Made by a program: the position numbers and the translations under genes. The notes below the pieces were generated by a model. The model was given only the letters and a program-made list of their open reading frames with translations, did not search any database and was not told where the DNA came from. A DNA stretch of 64,000 nt from Gemmatimonadales bacterium (GTDB taxonomy: Bacteria; Gemmatimonadota; Gemmatimonadetes; Gemmatimonadales; GWC2-71-9): assembly GCA_041613315.1 (NCBI GenBank), contig JBFJHJ010000003.1, forward strand, positions 32,001 to 96,000, written 5' to 3'. Shown one piece after another: positions 39,581-49,215 of this stretch. The stretch's first letter is position 1. Each line of letters begins with the position of its first letter.

Positions 39581-40456
39581 ATGCTGCCTACCCCGCCGCA
39601 CCGCTCGCCAGAGCCACCGGCCATCGCGCCAGTGGGCCCCGGCTCGGAGCCCCCCCACGGGCAGGAGCCGCCGCGACCCACGGCGATCGTCATGGGCAGC
39701 GGCAAGGGCGGCGTGGGGAAGTCCGTGCTGTGTGTCATCCTGGCGGCGGCGTTGGCGCAGCGGGGCCGCCGCGTGCTGTTGCTGGACGGGGCGCAGAACC
39801 TGGGGAACCTCCATGTCCTGCTGGGCCGTCCAGCCGCGAGCCATCTCGATGGGCTGCTGAGCGGCGCCGTGCGAGCGGCGGAGCTCGTGACGCCCGTGGC
39901 GGACAACCTCTGGCTCGTGCCGTGCGATTCGGGGACCGAGGCCGTGTACGCGCTGTCGGCGGTGGATCGTGCCAGGCTCCATGTCCGGCTCAGCGCCCTG
40001 TACGACGATTTCGATGTGGTCGTGGTCGATGCCGGTCCGGGAATCGATGGCGTCGTACGGGCGTCGGCGATGCGCGCCACGCGGTTGATCGTGGTCACCC
40101 TGGCCGAATCGACCGCCCTCACGGCCGCCTGCGCGCTGATCAAGATCGTCAATCTCCAAGTCCCCAGCGTACCGATCGGCGTGATCGCGAACCGCACACT
40201 CAACCCGTCCGAGGGCGAGTCGGCGTTTCACTGGCTGCGGATGGCGACCCGCGACTTCCAGCCGCGAGAGCTGACCTACCTCGGGTCCGTGCCCGAGGAC
40301 GCCGCGATGCGCGAGGCGGTCCGCCGACCCGACTGGTTTCTCGGTGCCGGCTCGCTCCGGTCCGCTGACGCGGTGCGGAGGATGGTGGATGAACAGCTCG
40401 ATCCACTCGTGGCCGGGCGATGCACGCCCCTGGCGGTGGAGGAGACGCAACCATGA
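39581..40456 (+). CDS. flhG: MinD/FlhG/FleN-like P-loop ATPase
   Basis: Deviant Walker A GSGKGGVGKS, VVVDAGPG, directly upstream of fliA. Confidence 0.72.
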   Translation: MLPTPPHRSPEPPAIAPVGPGSEPPHGQEPPRPTAIVMGSGKGGVGKSVLCVILAAALAQRGRRVLLLDGAQNLGNLHVLLGRPAASHLDGLLSGAVRAAELVTPVADNLWLVPCDSGTEAVYALSAVDRARLHVRLSALYDDFDVVVVDAGPGIDGVVRASAMRATRLIVVTLAESTALTAACALIKIVNLQVPSVPIGVIANRTLNPSEGESAFHWLRMATRDFQPRELTYLGSVPEDAAMREAVRRPDWFLGAGSLRSADAVRRMVDEQLDPLVAGRCTPLAVEETQP

Positions 40457-41217
40457 CTGAGCACCACGACGCGCTGTGGCGCCGCTACCGCTACGAAGGC
40501 GACCTCGCGGCCCGTGCTGAGCTGCTGGAGCGCTACATGGGCCTGGTGCTCCACACCGCCCGGCGGATGCATGCCAAGGTCGGCGATGCGGTGGAGTTCG
40601 ACGATCTGGTGAGCGCGGGCACTCTGGGGCTGATCCAGGCGGTGGACGGGTTCGACGTCACGCGCGGGCTCGCGTTCAGTACCTATGCGATGCAGCGCAT
40701 CCGGGGCGCTATGCTCGACCATCTGCGCGCCCGCGACTGGCTCCCGCGGAAGACCCGGGCCCGCGTTCGGCACGTGCAGCAAACGACCGACGCGCTGCGG
40801 CAGCAGCTCGGACGCCGCCCGCACCCGAAGGAGGTGGCACGCGCCCTGCACGTGGATCTCGACGCGTACTGGCGCGAGTGGGCGCACCTGGAGAGCAGCC
40901 CGATCGTCTCCCTCGACGGCGCCACGCACGGGTCCGCTCCGACTGGCGCGCGCCTCGAGGAGACGATCCCGGATCCCGCCGCCCTTGATCCGGATGCCTC
41001 GCTCGTGAGCGCTGAAGGGATGCAGCGGCTCCGGCACGCGATTGCCGCGCTCCCGCCCCGCGAGCGGACGGTGTTGACGCTGTACTACTACGAGGACCTG
41101 ACGCTGCGCCAGATCGGGGAGGTCCTCCACGTCACGGAGTCGCGCATCTGTCAGATCCGTGCGCGGGCCCTCCGACGTTTGCGCGAGCGGACGGAGCTGG
41201 TGGAGGCCGTCGCGTGA
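40453..41217 (+). CDS. fliA: FliA/WhiG family sigma factor (sigma28)
   Basis: DDLVSAGTLGL, FSTYAMQRIRGAMLDHLR..DW.P, YYYEDLTLRQIGEVL.VTESRICQ. Confidence 0.9.
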   Translation: MTEHHDALWRRYRYEGDLAARAELLERYMGLVLHTARRMHAKVGDAVEFDDLVSAGTLGLIQAVDGFDVTRGLAFSTYAMQRIRGAMLDHLRARDWLPRKTRARVRHVQQTTDALRQQLGRRPHPKEVARALHVDLDAYWREWAHLESSPIVSLDGATHGSAPTGARLEETIPDPAALDPDASLVSAEGMQRLRHAIAALPPRERTVLTLYYYEDLTLRQIGEVLHVTESRICQIRARALRRLRERTELVEAVA

Positions 41218-41246
41218 GCCGGCGAGTGTGGACTGGGCGTCGCGCG

Positions 41247-41990
41247 CTACGCGGCGTTTCGCCGAGGCGCCCACGCCGGGAGCTGCATGACGGCGCGGGT
41301 TCCAGGTCCGTCGGACCGGCCCTCGATCACGACCGTCCCGCCGACGCGGCCGACCAGATAGCGGCACACGGTGAGCCCGACGCCCGCGTGCGTCGCCCGC
41401 GATCGGGTTGTGAAGAACGGCTCGAAGACGCGCTCGCGTTCGTGATCGGGAACGCCGTGACCGTTGTCCTCGACGCTGACTTGAACCCCATCCGACATCG
41501 CGCGGGCGCTCACGCGGATCTCGGCCGGCGAGCCGTCCCGTACGGCCTCTTTGGCGTTCGTGAGCAGGGCCAGGAGCGCTTGCCGGAACCGCGCGTGGTG
41601 GCCGCGCACGGCTGGCAGGTTGTCGGCCAGCGTGGCCTCGGCGTGGGCTTCGGGCAGGCGCTTCTGGAACCGCTGCCACTCCAGCGCCTCAGCCACGACA
41701 TCCGCCATCACCACCGGCCCGACCTCGCCCTCGGAACTGGTCGTGATCGCCCGCAGCACCGCGACGGCGCGGTTCATCGCATCGTCCACCCACCGCTGGG
41801 CGGAGGAGCTACCGCCGCCGGCCGTGGTCAGTTGCATCGCCTGGTGGATGTTGGCGAACTCGTGTGCGAGACCGGCGAGCATGCCGCGGGACGCGGCGGC
41901 CCCGTCCACGAACACCAGCAACTCGTGGAAATCTCGGCTCTCGAGGAGGCCGTGCAGGAGGCCCGAACGCTCGGGCTGGGGGCTCGTCAC
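41247..41990 (-). CDS. Minimal histidine kinase (HisKA-like + HATPase, no sensor domain)
   Basis: LAHEFAN H-box, LLTNAKEA, EDNGHG, FEPFFTT, GVGL. Confidence 0.8.
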   Translation of the reverse strand: MTSPQPERSGLLHGLLESRDFHELLVFVDGAAASRGMLAGLAHEFANIHQAMQLTTAGGGSSSAQRWVDDAMNRAVAVLRAITTSSEGEVGPVVMADVVAEALEWQRFQKRLPEAHAEATLADNLPAVRGHHARFRQALLALLTNAKEAVRDGSPAEIRVSARAMSDGVQVSVEDNGHGVPDHERERVFEPFFTTRSRATHAGVGLTVCRYLVGRVGGTVVIEGRSDGPGTRAVMQLPAWAPRRNAA

Positions 41991-42094
41991 GCCAATCTCC
42001 GCTGGGGCCCGCGCCGGACCCGCCCTACGCTAGTCCGGGCTTTGGAGAAACGCAATCGCGCCGGCGTCGCGCTCCGTCGGCTCCCGGTGTCGTG

Positions 42095-43702
42095 ATGCCG
42101 AACGACGCTGCCACCCTCGCCCGCCTGAGGGCTGAGCTCGAGGCGCTGCGGCGCTCCGAGCAGTTCCATCGGTCATTCGTTGACGCGGGGCCGCACGGGT
42201 TCTACTCCATGGACGCGGAGGGACGCTTCCTCACGGTCACGGAATCCGTCGTCTCGCTCTTGGGGTACGCCTCGGCCGCGGAATTGGCGGCCGTCGATCC
42301 CGCGGAGGTGTTTGAGAACGCCGATCGGTACCGCGCCTTCGTCGGTTCCTGTCAGGAGCATGGCCGCGCCGTCGCCGAGCACCTCACCTGCCGGCGCAAG
42401 GACGGCCGCCGTGTGACGGTGCGCTTGAGTGGCCGTCGCGACGGCGGGGCGCCGGGCGCCCCCGGGGAGATTCAGGTGCTGATCGAAGACCTGAACGAGG
42501 CCGGTACACTCGGGCCGCGTCTGCAGCAGGCGGAGCGCATGGAGCTGCTCGGACAGTGGACCGGCGGCATCGCCCACGACTTCAACAATCTCCTCACCGT
42601 CATTCTCGCGCATGCGGAAGTGCTGGCCGCAGCGATGCCGGCAGACCGCCCCGACCTGCGGGCCGACCTCGAGGAGTTGCGGGGTGCCGGGCGGCGCGGC
42701 GCCGCCATCCTGGGACGCCTGTTGGGCTTCGCGCGCCGGCGCCCCTTGTCGCTCCGGCCCGTGAACTTGGCGGACATCGTGGACATGCGCGCCCCGGCCA
42801 TCGGCCGCCTGCTGCCGGACACCGTGACGCTCGAGATCGTCCACGAACCCGACCTGCCGCCGATCCAGGTGGACACTCGCATCGTTGAGCAGATCCTGCT
42901 CAATCTGGCGGCCAACGCGCGCGACGCCATGCCGGACGGCGGGTGCCTGCGCATCGAGACACGACGCACGCTCCTCGATGCGGCGTATCGCCGGACACAC
43001 GGGTGGGGCGACCCCGGCGAATACGTGGCCGTCGTCGTGCGCGACACGGGCACCGGCATGGACGAGGTCACGAAGGCGAGGATCTTCGAGCCGTTCTTCA
43101 CCACGAAGGCGGCGGGGATGGAGTCGGGCCTCGGGATGGCGATGGTGTACGGCCTGATGAAGCAGCACCGCGGGTTCGTGGAGGTCGAGAGCGCCGTGGG
43201 GCGGGGAACCGCGGTCACGGTGTTCTTCCCCGTGACGGTCCCCGAGCCCGCGTCGGACGTCCCACCCGGCATCGCCGACCAGCAGCAGTCTTCGTCGCAA
43301 CACGGGCATGAGACGCTGCTGCTCGTGGATGACGAGGGGCCGATTCGGCGCGCGGCAAAGCGACTGTTCGAGAGCCACGGCTATACGATCTACGACGCCC
43401 AGGACGGCGAGGAGGCGCTCCAGACGATCCGGGCGCACGCGCGGGCGATCGCGCTCGTGCTCGCCGATGTCATGATGCCCAAGATGAGCGGCCCTGATCT
43501 GTACCGCGCCTTGCGGCAAGAAGGGTACGAGATCCCCTTCCTGCTGATGAGCGGCTATTTGGGCCGCGAGGTTCGGGAGCGCTCCGACGCCCTCGAGAGC
43601 GTCCCGTTCGTGCAGAAACCGTGGATTCCGGCGGACCTGCTGGCGCACGTCCGCCGCATCCTCGACCGTGACCCCGCGCCGGCGGCGGGCCGTGCGCCGT
43701 AA
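42095..43702 (+). CDS. PAS hybrid histidine kinase (PAS-HisKA-HATPase-REC)
   Basis: RRKDG PAS segment, IAHDFNNLL, NARDAM, GLGM, receiver VDDE/ADVMMP. Confidence 0.9.
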   Translation: MPNDAATLARLRAELEALRRSEQFHRSFVDAGPHGFYSMDAEGRFLTVTESVVSLLGYASAAELAAVDPAEVFENADRYRAFVGSCQEHGRAVAEHLTCRRKDGRRVTVRLSGRRDGGAPGAPGEIQVLIEDLNEAGTLGPRLQQAERMELLGQWTGGIAHDFNNLLTVILAHAEVLAAAMPADRPDLRADLEELRGAGRRGAAILGRLLGFARRRPLSLRPVNLADIVDMRAPAIGRLLPDTVTLEIVHEPDLPPIQVDTRIVEQILLNLAANARDAMPDGGCLRIETRRTLLDAAYRRTHGWGDPGEYVAVVVRDTGTGMDEVTKARIFEPFFTTKAAGMESGLGMAMVYGLMKQHRGFVEVESAVGRGTAVTVFFPVTVPEPASDVPPGIADQQQSSSQHGHETLLLVDDEGPIRRAAKRLFESHGYTIYDAQDGEEALQTIRAHARAIALVLADVMMPKMSGPDLYRALRQEGYEIPFLLMSGYLGREVRERSDALESVPFVQKPWIPADLLAHVRRILDRDPAPAAGRAP

Positions 43703-43756
43703 CCGCGCGGCCGCCGGTCAGGCCGCCACAGCTGTCACTCTCATCGGGATACGAGT

Positions 43757-44377
43757 ATGACCACGCGCGACATCTTGTTCATCGACGACGACCGGGCCGT
43801 CCTGTCGTCTCTCGGCAACTATTTCGAGCGGCTGGGCTACGACGTGTTCCGTGCGCCGTCCGGCGCCGACGGGATCGCCACGTGGGAGCGCGAGCAGCCC
43901 GCGGTGACCGTCTTGGACCTCCACATGCCGGGCATGGACGGCCTGCAGGTGCTCGAGCGTCTGCGGGAGCGTGGCGCGACCGTCATCATGCTGACCGGCC
44001 ATGGCGAGATCGAGTCCGCCGTGCGTGCCATGAAGCTGGGCGCCGAGAACTTCCTCGAGAAGCCCATCGACATGGAACACCTGACGCAGGCGGTGGAGAA
44101 AGCGGCCGAGAAGAACTCGCTCCGCCGCGAGGTGGTCAAGCTCCGGGCGCGCATGCGCCCGAGTCTCAGGCGCCAGCTCCTGCGCGTGGCCGTGTTCCTC
44201 GCGTTCGTGGGAACGGGCGTGGGGGTCGGCGTCTCGATCGGGGGGAGTCCCGACGCGAGCCGCCCGCGCTCACCGATCCCCGTCCCGCTCGATACGCTTC
44301 GTGGCGGGACGCCCGGCGATGTCGACTCGAACCGGCGACCGAGTGCGGGCGGAGACTTCCTACGTCCAGGTGGGTAA
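43757..44377 (+). CDS. Receiver-domain protein with C-terminal transmembrane helix
   Basis: IDDD, LDLHMPGMDG, MLTGHG, EKP, then LLRVAVFLAFVGTGVGVGVSI. Confidence 0.8.
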   Translation: MTTRDILFIDDDRAVLSSLGNYFERLGYDVFRAPSGADGIATWEREQPAVTVLDLHMPGMDGLQVLERLRERGATVIMLTGHGEIESAVRAMKLGAENFLEKPIDMEHLTQAVEKAAEKNSLRREVVKLRARMRPSLRRQLLRVAVFLAFVGTGVGVGVSIGGSPDASRPRSPIPVPLDTLRGGTPGDVDSNRRPSAGGDFLRPGG

Positions 44378-44395
44378 CCGCTTTCGGTCACGCCG

Positions 44396-44695
44396 CTAGT
44401 GCTGCCCCCACTTCCCGAGCCGCTGCAGCTGTCGCTCGAGCTCCCGGCGAGTGCGTTCCCGGGCCCGTTTGACCAGGAACACCCCCATGCCGACCATCCA
44501 GACCACGACCAGCCCGGCAAACGTGACCAGCGGCGCGCGCACGAAGGCCCACAACACGCCGCCGAGTAGGACGAGGAACGCGAGGGCGACGGCGGCCCCG
44601 ATCCCCAGGGTGGTGAGACGATCTCGCAGGGAGGGCTTGGGCCGGCTGTAGTGAGCGAACAGCGGGCGGCGCGGCGGCCGGCTGGGCGTAGTCAT
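44396..44695 (-). CDS. Small hypothetical membrane protein
   Basis: Two hydrophobic helices. Confidence 0.55.
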   Translation of the reverse strand: MTTPSRPPRRPLFAHYSRPKPSLRDRLTTLGIGAAVALAFLVLLGGVLWAFVRAPLVTFAGLVVVWMVGMGVFLVKRARERTRRELERQLQRLGKWGQH

Positions 44696-44711
44696 TGGCG
44701 TGCCCTTGGCG

Positions 44712-46736
44712 TTAGGCCTCCGCGTCGCCGTCGAGCACCGACCGCACCCGCAGCATGAGGTCGCTCAGCGTCCACGGCTTGGCGAGAAACGGAAGACGGG
44801 GATCGAGGACCGCCCGCTCCCGCACGTCCCGCGCATGGTAACCGCTGCAGAACAGGACCTTCACCGCCGACCCGGCCTCGCGGCGCAGCGCCTCGTCGAG
44901 CAAGCGCCCGCCCATGCGCGGCATGACGAGGTCCGTCAGGACCAGGTCGATCTCGTCCGCCCGATCGCGGTAGATCTGCAGACCCTCCTCGCCGTCGGCG
45001 GCGAGCAGCACAGTGTAGCCGTAGCGCTCCAAGAGCCGCTGCGTCGCGATGCGGATCGGCTCCTCGTCCTCCACGACGAGGATGGTCTCGGTCCCACGGG
45101 GCAGCTCTGGCTCCTCAGCGGCGCCCGCAGCGCCCGCGGTTGCCTCCTCGTGCACCACCGGGAAGTAGAGCTGCACCGTCGTCCCCTCGCCCGGCGCCGA
45201 GTGGACATCGAGGTACCCGGAGTGCTGCTTCACCAGGCCGTAGATCATGGCCATGCCGAGGCCCGTACCGACGCCGGGGGGCTTGGTGGTGAAGAAGGGC
45301 TCGAACAGGCGCTCGAGCGTGTCCTCGTCCATGCCCGTGCCCGTGTCGCTGGCCGCGAGACACACGTAGTCGCCCGGCTGGATCCAATCGTGGGCCGTCG
45401 GACGCTCGATGTCCCATCGGCACCGAGTGATCCGGAGCGAGAATACCCCACCGTCCTGCATCGCGTCCCGCGCGTTCGTAGCGAGGTTGAGGAGGATCTG
45501 TTCCACCGCGTTCTGGTCCGCCCGAACCGTTCCCCCGGGGGGCTCGGCAAACACGTGGATGGCTATGTGTTCCGGCAGCAGTCGGCGAAGGGTGCCCGCG
45601 AGCTCGGTGCAGAGCTGTCCCAAATCGACGGGCTGGAGCGTGAGATCCTGCCGGCGGCTGAAGGCGAGGAGTTTCTTGACGAGCGTGGCACCCCGCTGGA
45701 CCGCCGCCTTCAGGTCGTCGACCTCCGACAGGACCTCCGGGGCGTCCTTCGGGACATCCCGGCCGATGAGCTCGGCGTTGCCCTGGATCACCGTCAGGAG
45801 GTTGTTGAAATCGTGCGCGATGCCGCCCGTGAGCTGCCCAACGGCTTCCATCTTCTGGGCCTGCCGCAGCTCGGCCTCTAACTGCCGCCGCTCGGTCACA
45901 TCACGGTAGTGCCACATGTGCCCCACGAATGCGCCGTCAGTCGCGGTAATCGGGACGTAGTCGCGCTCCAAGATCCGTCCGTCCGCGAACACCACCTCCT
46001 CCGCGACGATCGTGTGGTGGCCGGCAACGATCTCCGCGATCCGCGCGGGAAAGCGGTCCGGCTCGGCGAGGAGCCGCTTCGCCGCCTCGGCCGCCTGCGC
46101 GCAGTCAGTCCCCACGAGCGCCTCGGGATGCTCCGCGATCCCGAAGATCCGGCAGAATGCGGAGTTCACCGCGAACATCGTCCGCTCGGACGTCTCCACG
46201 AGGACCCCCGCTTGCATGTTCTCCACCAAAGCGCGGAACAAGGCCAGCGAGGCCTCGCGCTCCCGCTCGGCCCGCTTGCGCGCCGTGATGTCCCGGTAGA
46301 TGCCGTACACGGCGACCTGGCCGCCGTCCACCCGGATGGGCGTGCCAAGAATCGAGACATCGACGAGCGTGCCGTCCTTTCGGCGCCGCACCGTCTCGAC
46401 CGCGACCTGGGTCCCGCCGGCCACGCGCGACGTGAGCGTGACCGCTTCGTCGTGATACCCCTCCGGCGCCAAGAGATCGTCGATGGACCGCCCCACCACC
46501 TCGTCCACCGCGTACCCGAACAGCTCGGTGAAGCACCGATTGGCCCGGAGGATGTGACTGTCGCGATCGAGTACCACGACCGCTTCGGGTGCCGCCTCAA
46601 ACAGCTCGTCGAGGTATGCCCGCTCGATCCGGAGCGCCTCCGCCGCGATGGCCGATGGCTCCGTCTGCTCCAGCCACCGCCGGAGATCCGCGAGCTCAGC
46701 GATCAGCTGTTTCTTGGACTTGGATGTGTCCTTCAT
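44712..46736 (-). CDS. PAS-PAS hybrid histidine kinase
   Basis: Two PAS domains, QAQKMEAVGQLTGGIAHDFNN, GTGLG, receiver VEDE/TDLVMP. Confidence 0.92.
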   Translation of the reverse strand: MKDTSKSKKQLIAELADLRRWLEQTEPSAIAAEALRIERAYLDELFEAAPEAVVVLDRDSHILRANRCFTELFGYAVDEVVGRSIDDLLAPEGYHDEAVTLTSRVAGGTQVAVETVRRRKDGTLVDVSILGTPIRVDGGQVAVYGIYRDITARKRAEREREASLALFRALVENMQAGVLVETSERTMFAVNSAFCRIFGIAEHPEALVGTDCAQAAEAAKRLLAEPDRFPARIAEIVAGHHTIVAEEVVFADGRILERDYVPITATDGAFVGHMWHYRDVTERRQLEAELRQAQKMEAVGQLTGGIAHDFNNLLTVIQGNAELIGRDVPKDAPEVLSEVDDLKAAVQRGATLVKKLLAFSRRQDLTLQPVDLGQLCTELAGTLRRLLPEHIAIHVFAEPPGGTVRADQNAVEQILLNLATNARDAMQDGGVFSLRITRCRWDIERPTAHDWIQPGDYVCLAASDTGTGMDEDTLERLFEPFFTTKPPGVGTGLGMAMIYGLVKQHSGYLDVHSAPGEGTTVQLYFPVVHEEATAGAAGAAEEPELPRGTETILVVEDEEPIRIATQRLLERYGYTVLLAADGEEGLQIYRDRADEIDLVLTDLVMPRMGGRLLDEALRREAGSAVKVLFCSGYHARDVRERAVLDPRLPFLAKPWTLSDLMLRVRSVLDGDAEA

Positions 46737-46788
46737 CCACCGGCTGCCGAAGGCACGCCTGCGTCTGCGCCCGCGAGCGCCGGCCGTG

Positions 46789-47064
46789 TCATGACCGACA
46801 CCGGACCGGGCTGGGCAAGACGTTCTGGCACGCGATGCTCTCGTCCATGCCCGTCGCCATCACGGCGCACGCGGCCCGCTGCGCGGCGCGCCGCGCCTCT
46901 CCTTCGTTGGCCCCGGAGCCGGTGCGGCATACCTCCTGGCCGCGAAACGCGACGCAGAGCTCGCACTCCGCGCGCACCGTTTGCAGGCTGCCGTACACGA
47001 GGTAGCCCACGAACACCGCGATCGCCAGCAGGAGCAACAGTACCCGTCCCTTGCGCATGTCCAC
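46789..47064 (-). CDS. Small membrane-anchored Cys-rich hypothetical protein
   Basis: N-terminal TM helix followed by six cysteines. Confidence 0.6.
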   Translation of the reverse strand: MDMRKGRVLLLLLAIAVFVGYLVYGSLQTVRAECELCVAFRGQEVCRTGSGANEGEARRAAQRAACAVMATGMDESIACQNVLPSPVRCRS

Positions 47065-47205
47065 TCCGGTGCGGGTTCAGTGAAAGTCCTAGAATGTACT
47101 AGAATACGGGCCAACGCCCCGGGCAGAAGGGGTCGCGCGGACGAAGGGCCGCGGCGGGGAGTCGGGGGCTCCCGGCGGCCCAACGGCCCGACGGAGGAGC
47201 TCGAG

Positions 47206-48408
47206 ATGCGACCGACCGCGTCCACCGCGATTGCGGGCTTGCTGGCACTCACTGGCCTCGGCCTCGTCTGGCCGGCGCCGCCGCCCCAGGCAACCGGCGG
47301 CGACCGCCCCGGGCAACACGCGGCGCCCTACTATCCCGGCGCTGGCGACGCCTGGGAGCGCCGGCGGCCCGACGACGTTGGCATGGACGCCGCGGCCCTC
47401 GCCAGGGCTGTGCGTTTCGCCCAGGATCACGAAACGGACCAGCCTCGGGACCTTCGAGCGTACTTGCAGCGGCGGTTCCGCGACGATCCGGACGGCGCCC
47501 TGATCGGCCCTATGAAAGCGCGGGGCGACCCGAACGGCCTGGTGCTCCGGCACGGGTACATCGTGGCCGAGTGGGGCGACACGCGGCGCGTCGACATGAC
47601 GTTCAGCGTGACCAAGAGCTACCTCGCGACCACGGCGGGGCTCGCCCTCGATCGCGGCCGCATCCGGAGCGTCCACGCCCCGGTCCGGGAGTCCGTCCGA
47701 GACGGCGCGTTCGATTCTTCCCACAACGCGAGCATCACGTGGCACCACTTGCTGCGCCAGACCAGCGAGTGGGAGGGAGAGCTGTGGGGCAAGCCGGACG
47801 TTGCCGATCGAAGGCGAGGGCGGACGCGCGCCCTGCAGGAGCCGGGGACTTTCTGGGAGTACAACGACGTCCGCGTGAATCAGACGGCGCTGGCGCTGTT
47901 GCGCGTGTGGGGGCGGCCGCTCCCGGACGTCCTCCGCACCGAGATCATGGACCCCATCGGCGCCTCCGATACGTGGCGCTGGCATGGCTACCGCAATTCG
48001 TACGTCACGGTCAACGGGCGCCGCGTGCAGTCGGTGAGCGGCGGTGGGCACTGGGGCGGCGGTATGTGGATCAGCTCTCGTGACCACGCGCGCTTCGGGC
48101 TCCTCTACCTCCGCCGGGGGCGGTGGCGCGACCGGCAGCTCCTGTCCGACCGGTGGATCACCATGGCCGCGACGCCGGGCGACGTGAACCCGGCGTACGG
48201 CTATATGTGGTGGCTCAACCCGCAGCGACAGGCCTGGCCCAGCGTACCCGCCGAAAGCTACGCGGCGCTGGGCTCGGGCTCGTCGAATGTGATCTGGGTG
48301 GATCCCGTGCACGACGTCGTGGTGGTTGTGCGCTGGTTTGACGGCACGAAGTTGGACGAGCTCCTCGGCATGGTAGTCCACGCCGTGAGGGACGCCGGGG
48401 CGCCGTGA
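47206..48408 (+). CDS. Exported serine hydrolase (beta-lactamase/NylB-like)
   Basis: GGAGG SD, signal peptide, FSVTKS (SxxK), WEYND, YGYMWW. Confidence 0.85.
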   Translation: MRPTASTAIAGLLALTGLGLVWPAPPPQATGGDRPGQHAAPYYPGAGDAWERRRPDDVGMDAAALARAVRFAQDHETDQPRDLRAYLQRRFRDDPDGALIGPMKARGDPNGLVLRHGYIVAEWGDTRRVDMTFSVTKSYLATTAGLALDRGRIRSVHAPVRESVRDGAFDSSHNASITWHHLLRQTSEWEGELWGKPDVADRRRGRTRALQEPGTFWEYNDVRVNQTALALLRVWGRPLPDVLRTEIMDPIGASDTWRWHGYRNSYVTVNGRRVQSVSGGGHWGGGMWISSRDHARFGLLYLRRGRWRDRQLLSDRWITMAATPGDVNPAYGYMWWLNPQRQAWPSVPAESYAALGSGSSNVIWVDPVHDVVVVVRWFDGTKLDELLGMVVHAVRDAGAP

Positions 48409-48492
48409 GGATCCCGGCGGGGCCGAAGGTCGCCCCGCTTGCCTGGCGTCTCGGGGAAACTCCAGACGCGCCGCTCCGTACGTTCCTTCGAG

Positions 48493-49215
48493 ATGCCCCC
48501 GTCGCGCTCCGCCGAGCTCGAGGCACTGTTCGCGCGCCTCGAACGCATCGACGTCGCCGCCGCTCCCCGGCCGGCGCTCGCTCGCACCCGCAGCGGATGG
48601 GTCATCCCGCGGTTGGCGGCAACCGCAGTCGCGGTACTTGCGCTCCCCTTCGTCGTGCTCGTGCGCACGGCGACGCTGCTGTACGTCAGCGCGGGCTTCC
48701 CCACGTGGCTCGCCCTGGGCGCCGCCGGGGTGGCGACGCTGAGCGTGCTCACAGTCTACGCAGCGGCGATTTCGAAACGCCTCACCGGGCGTCGGCGCGT
48801 GGCCATGGTCGCGCGCTGGGTGGCCTTCCCGCTCGTCGTCGCCTACTGCGGTTACGGGCTGCTCTACGTCGCCGACGTCAACACGAAGACGCCCGAGATC
48901 CAGGCGTACTACCGGGCCCTGCACCCCGTGCTGCGAGTGGCGGTGAGCACCTTCATCCTCGCCGACGATGGTCTCGTCATCACCGACGTCGCTCGGACCC
49001 CCGGCGACTACGCGACGATGGGCCTTCCGCTCCATGCGGCGTCGCGGCATTTCCGGCAGGACGACGGCTGGGTCCATGCCCTCGATCTCCGCACGATCGG
49101 TCGCGCCGAATGGAAGAACCGGCTGACCGCAGTGTACTTCCGCGCGATGGGCTTTCGCACGCTGCGGCACGAAGGAACCGCAGATCACCTCCACGTGTCG
49201 CTCGCGGTTCGTTAG
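48493..49215 (+). CDS. Membrane protein with C-terminal M15/LAS-like Zn-peptidase motifs
   Basis: Three TM helices, then SRH...HALDLR...DHLHVS. Confidence 0.55.
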   Translation: MPPSRSAELEALFARLERIDVAAAPRPALARTRSGWVIPRLAATAVAVLALPFVVLVRTATLLYVSAGFPTWLALGAAGVATLSVLTVYAAAISKRLTGRRRVAMVARWVAFPLVVAYCGYGLLYVADVNTKTPEIQAYYRALHPVLRVAVSTFILADDGLVITDVARTPGDYATMGLPLHAASRHFRQDDGWVHALDLRTIGRAEWKNRLTAVYFRAMGFRTLRHEGTADHLHVSLAVR

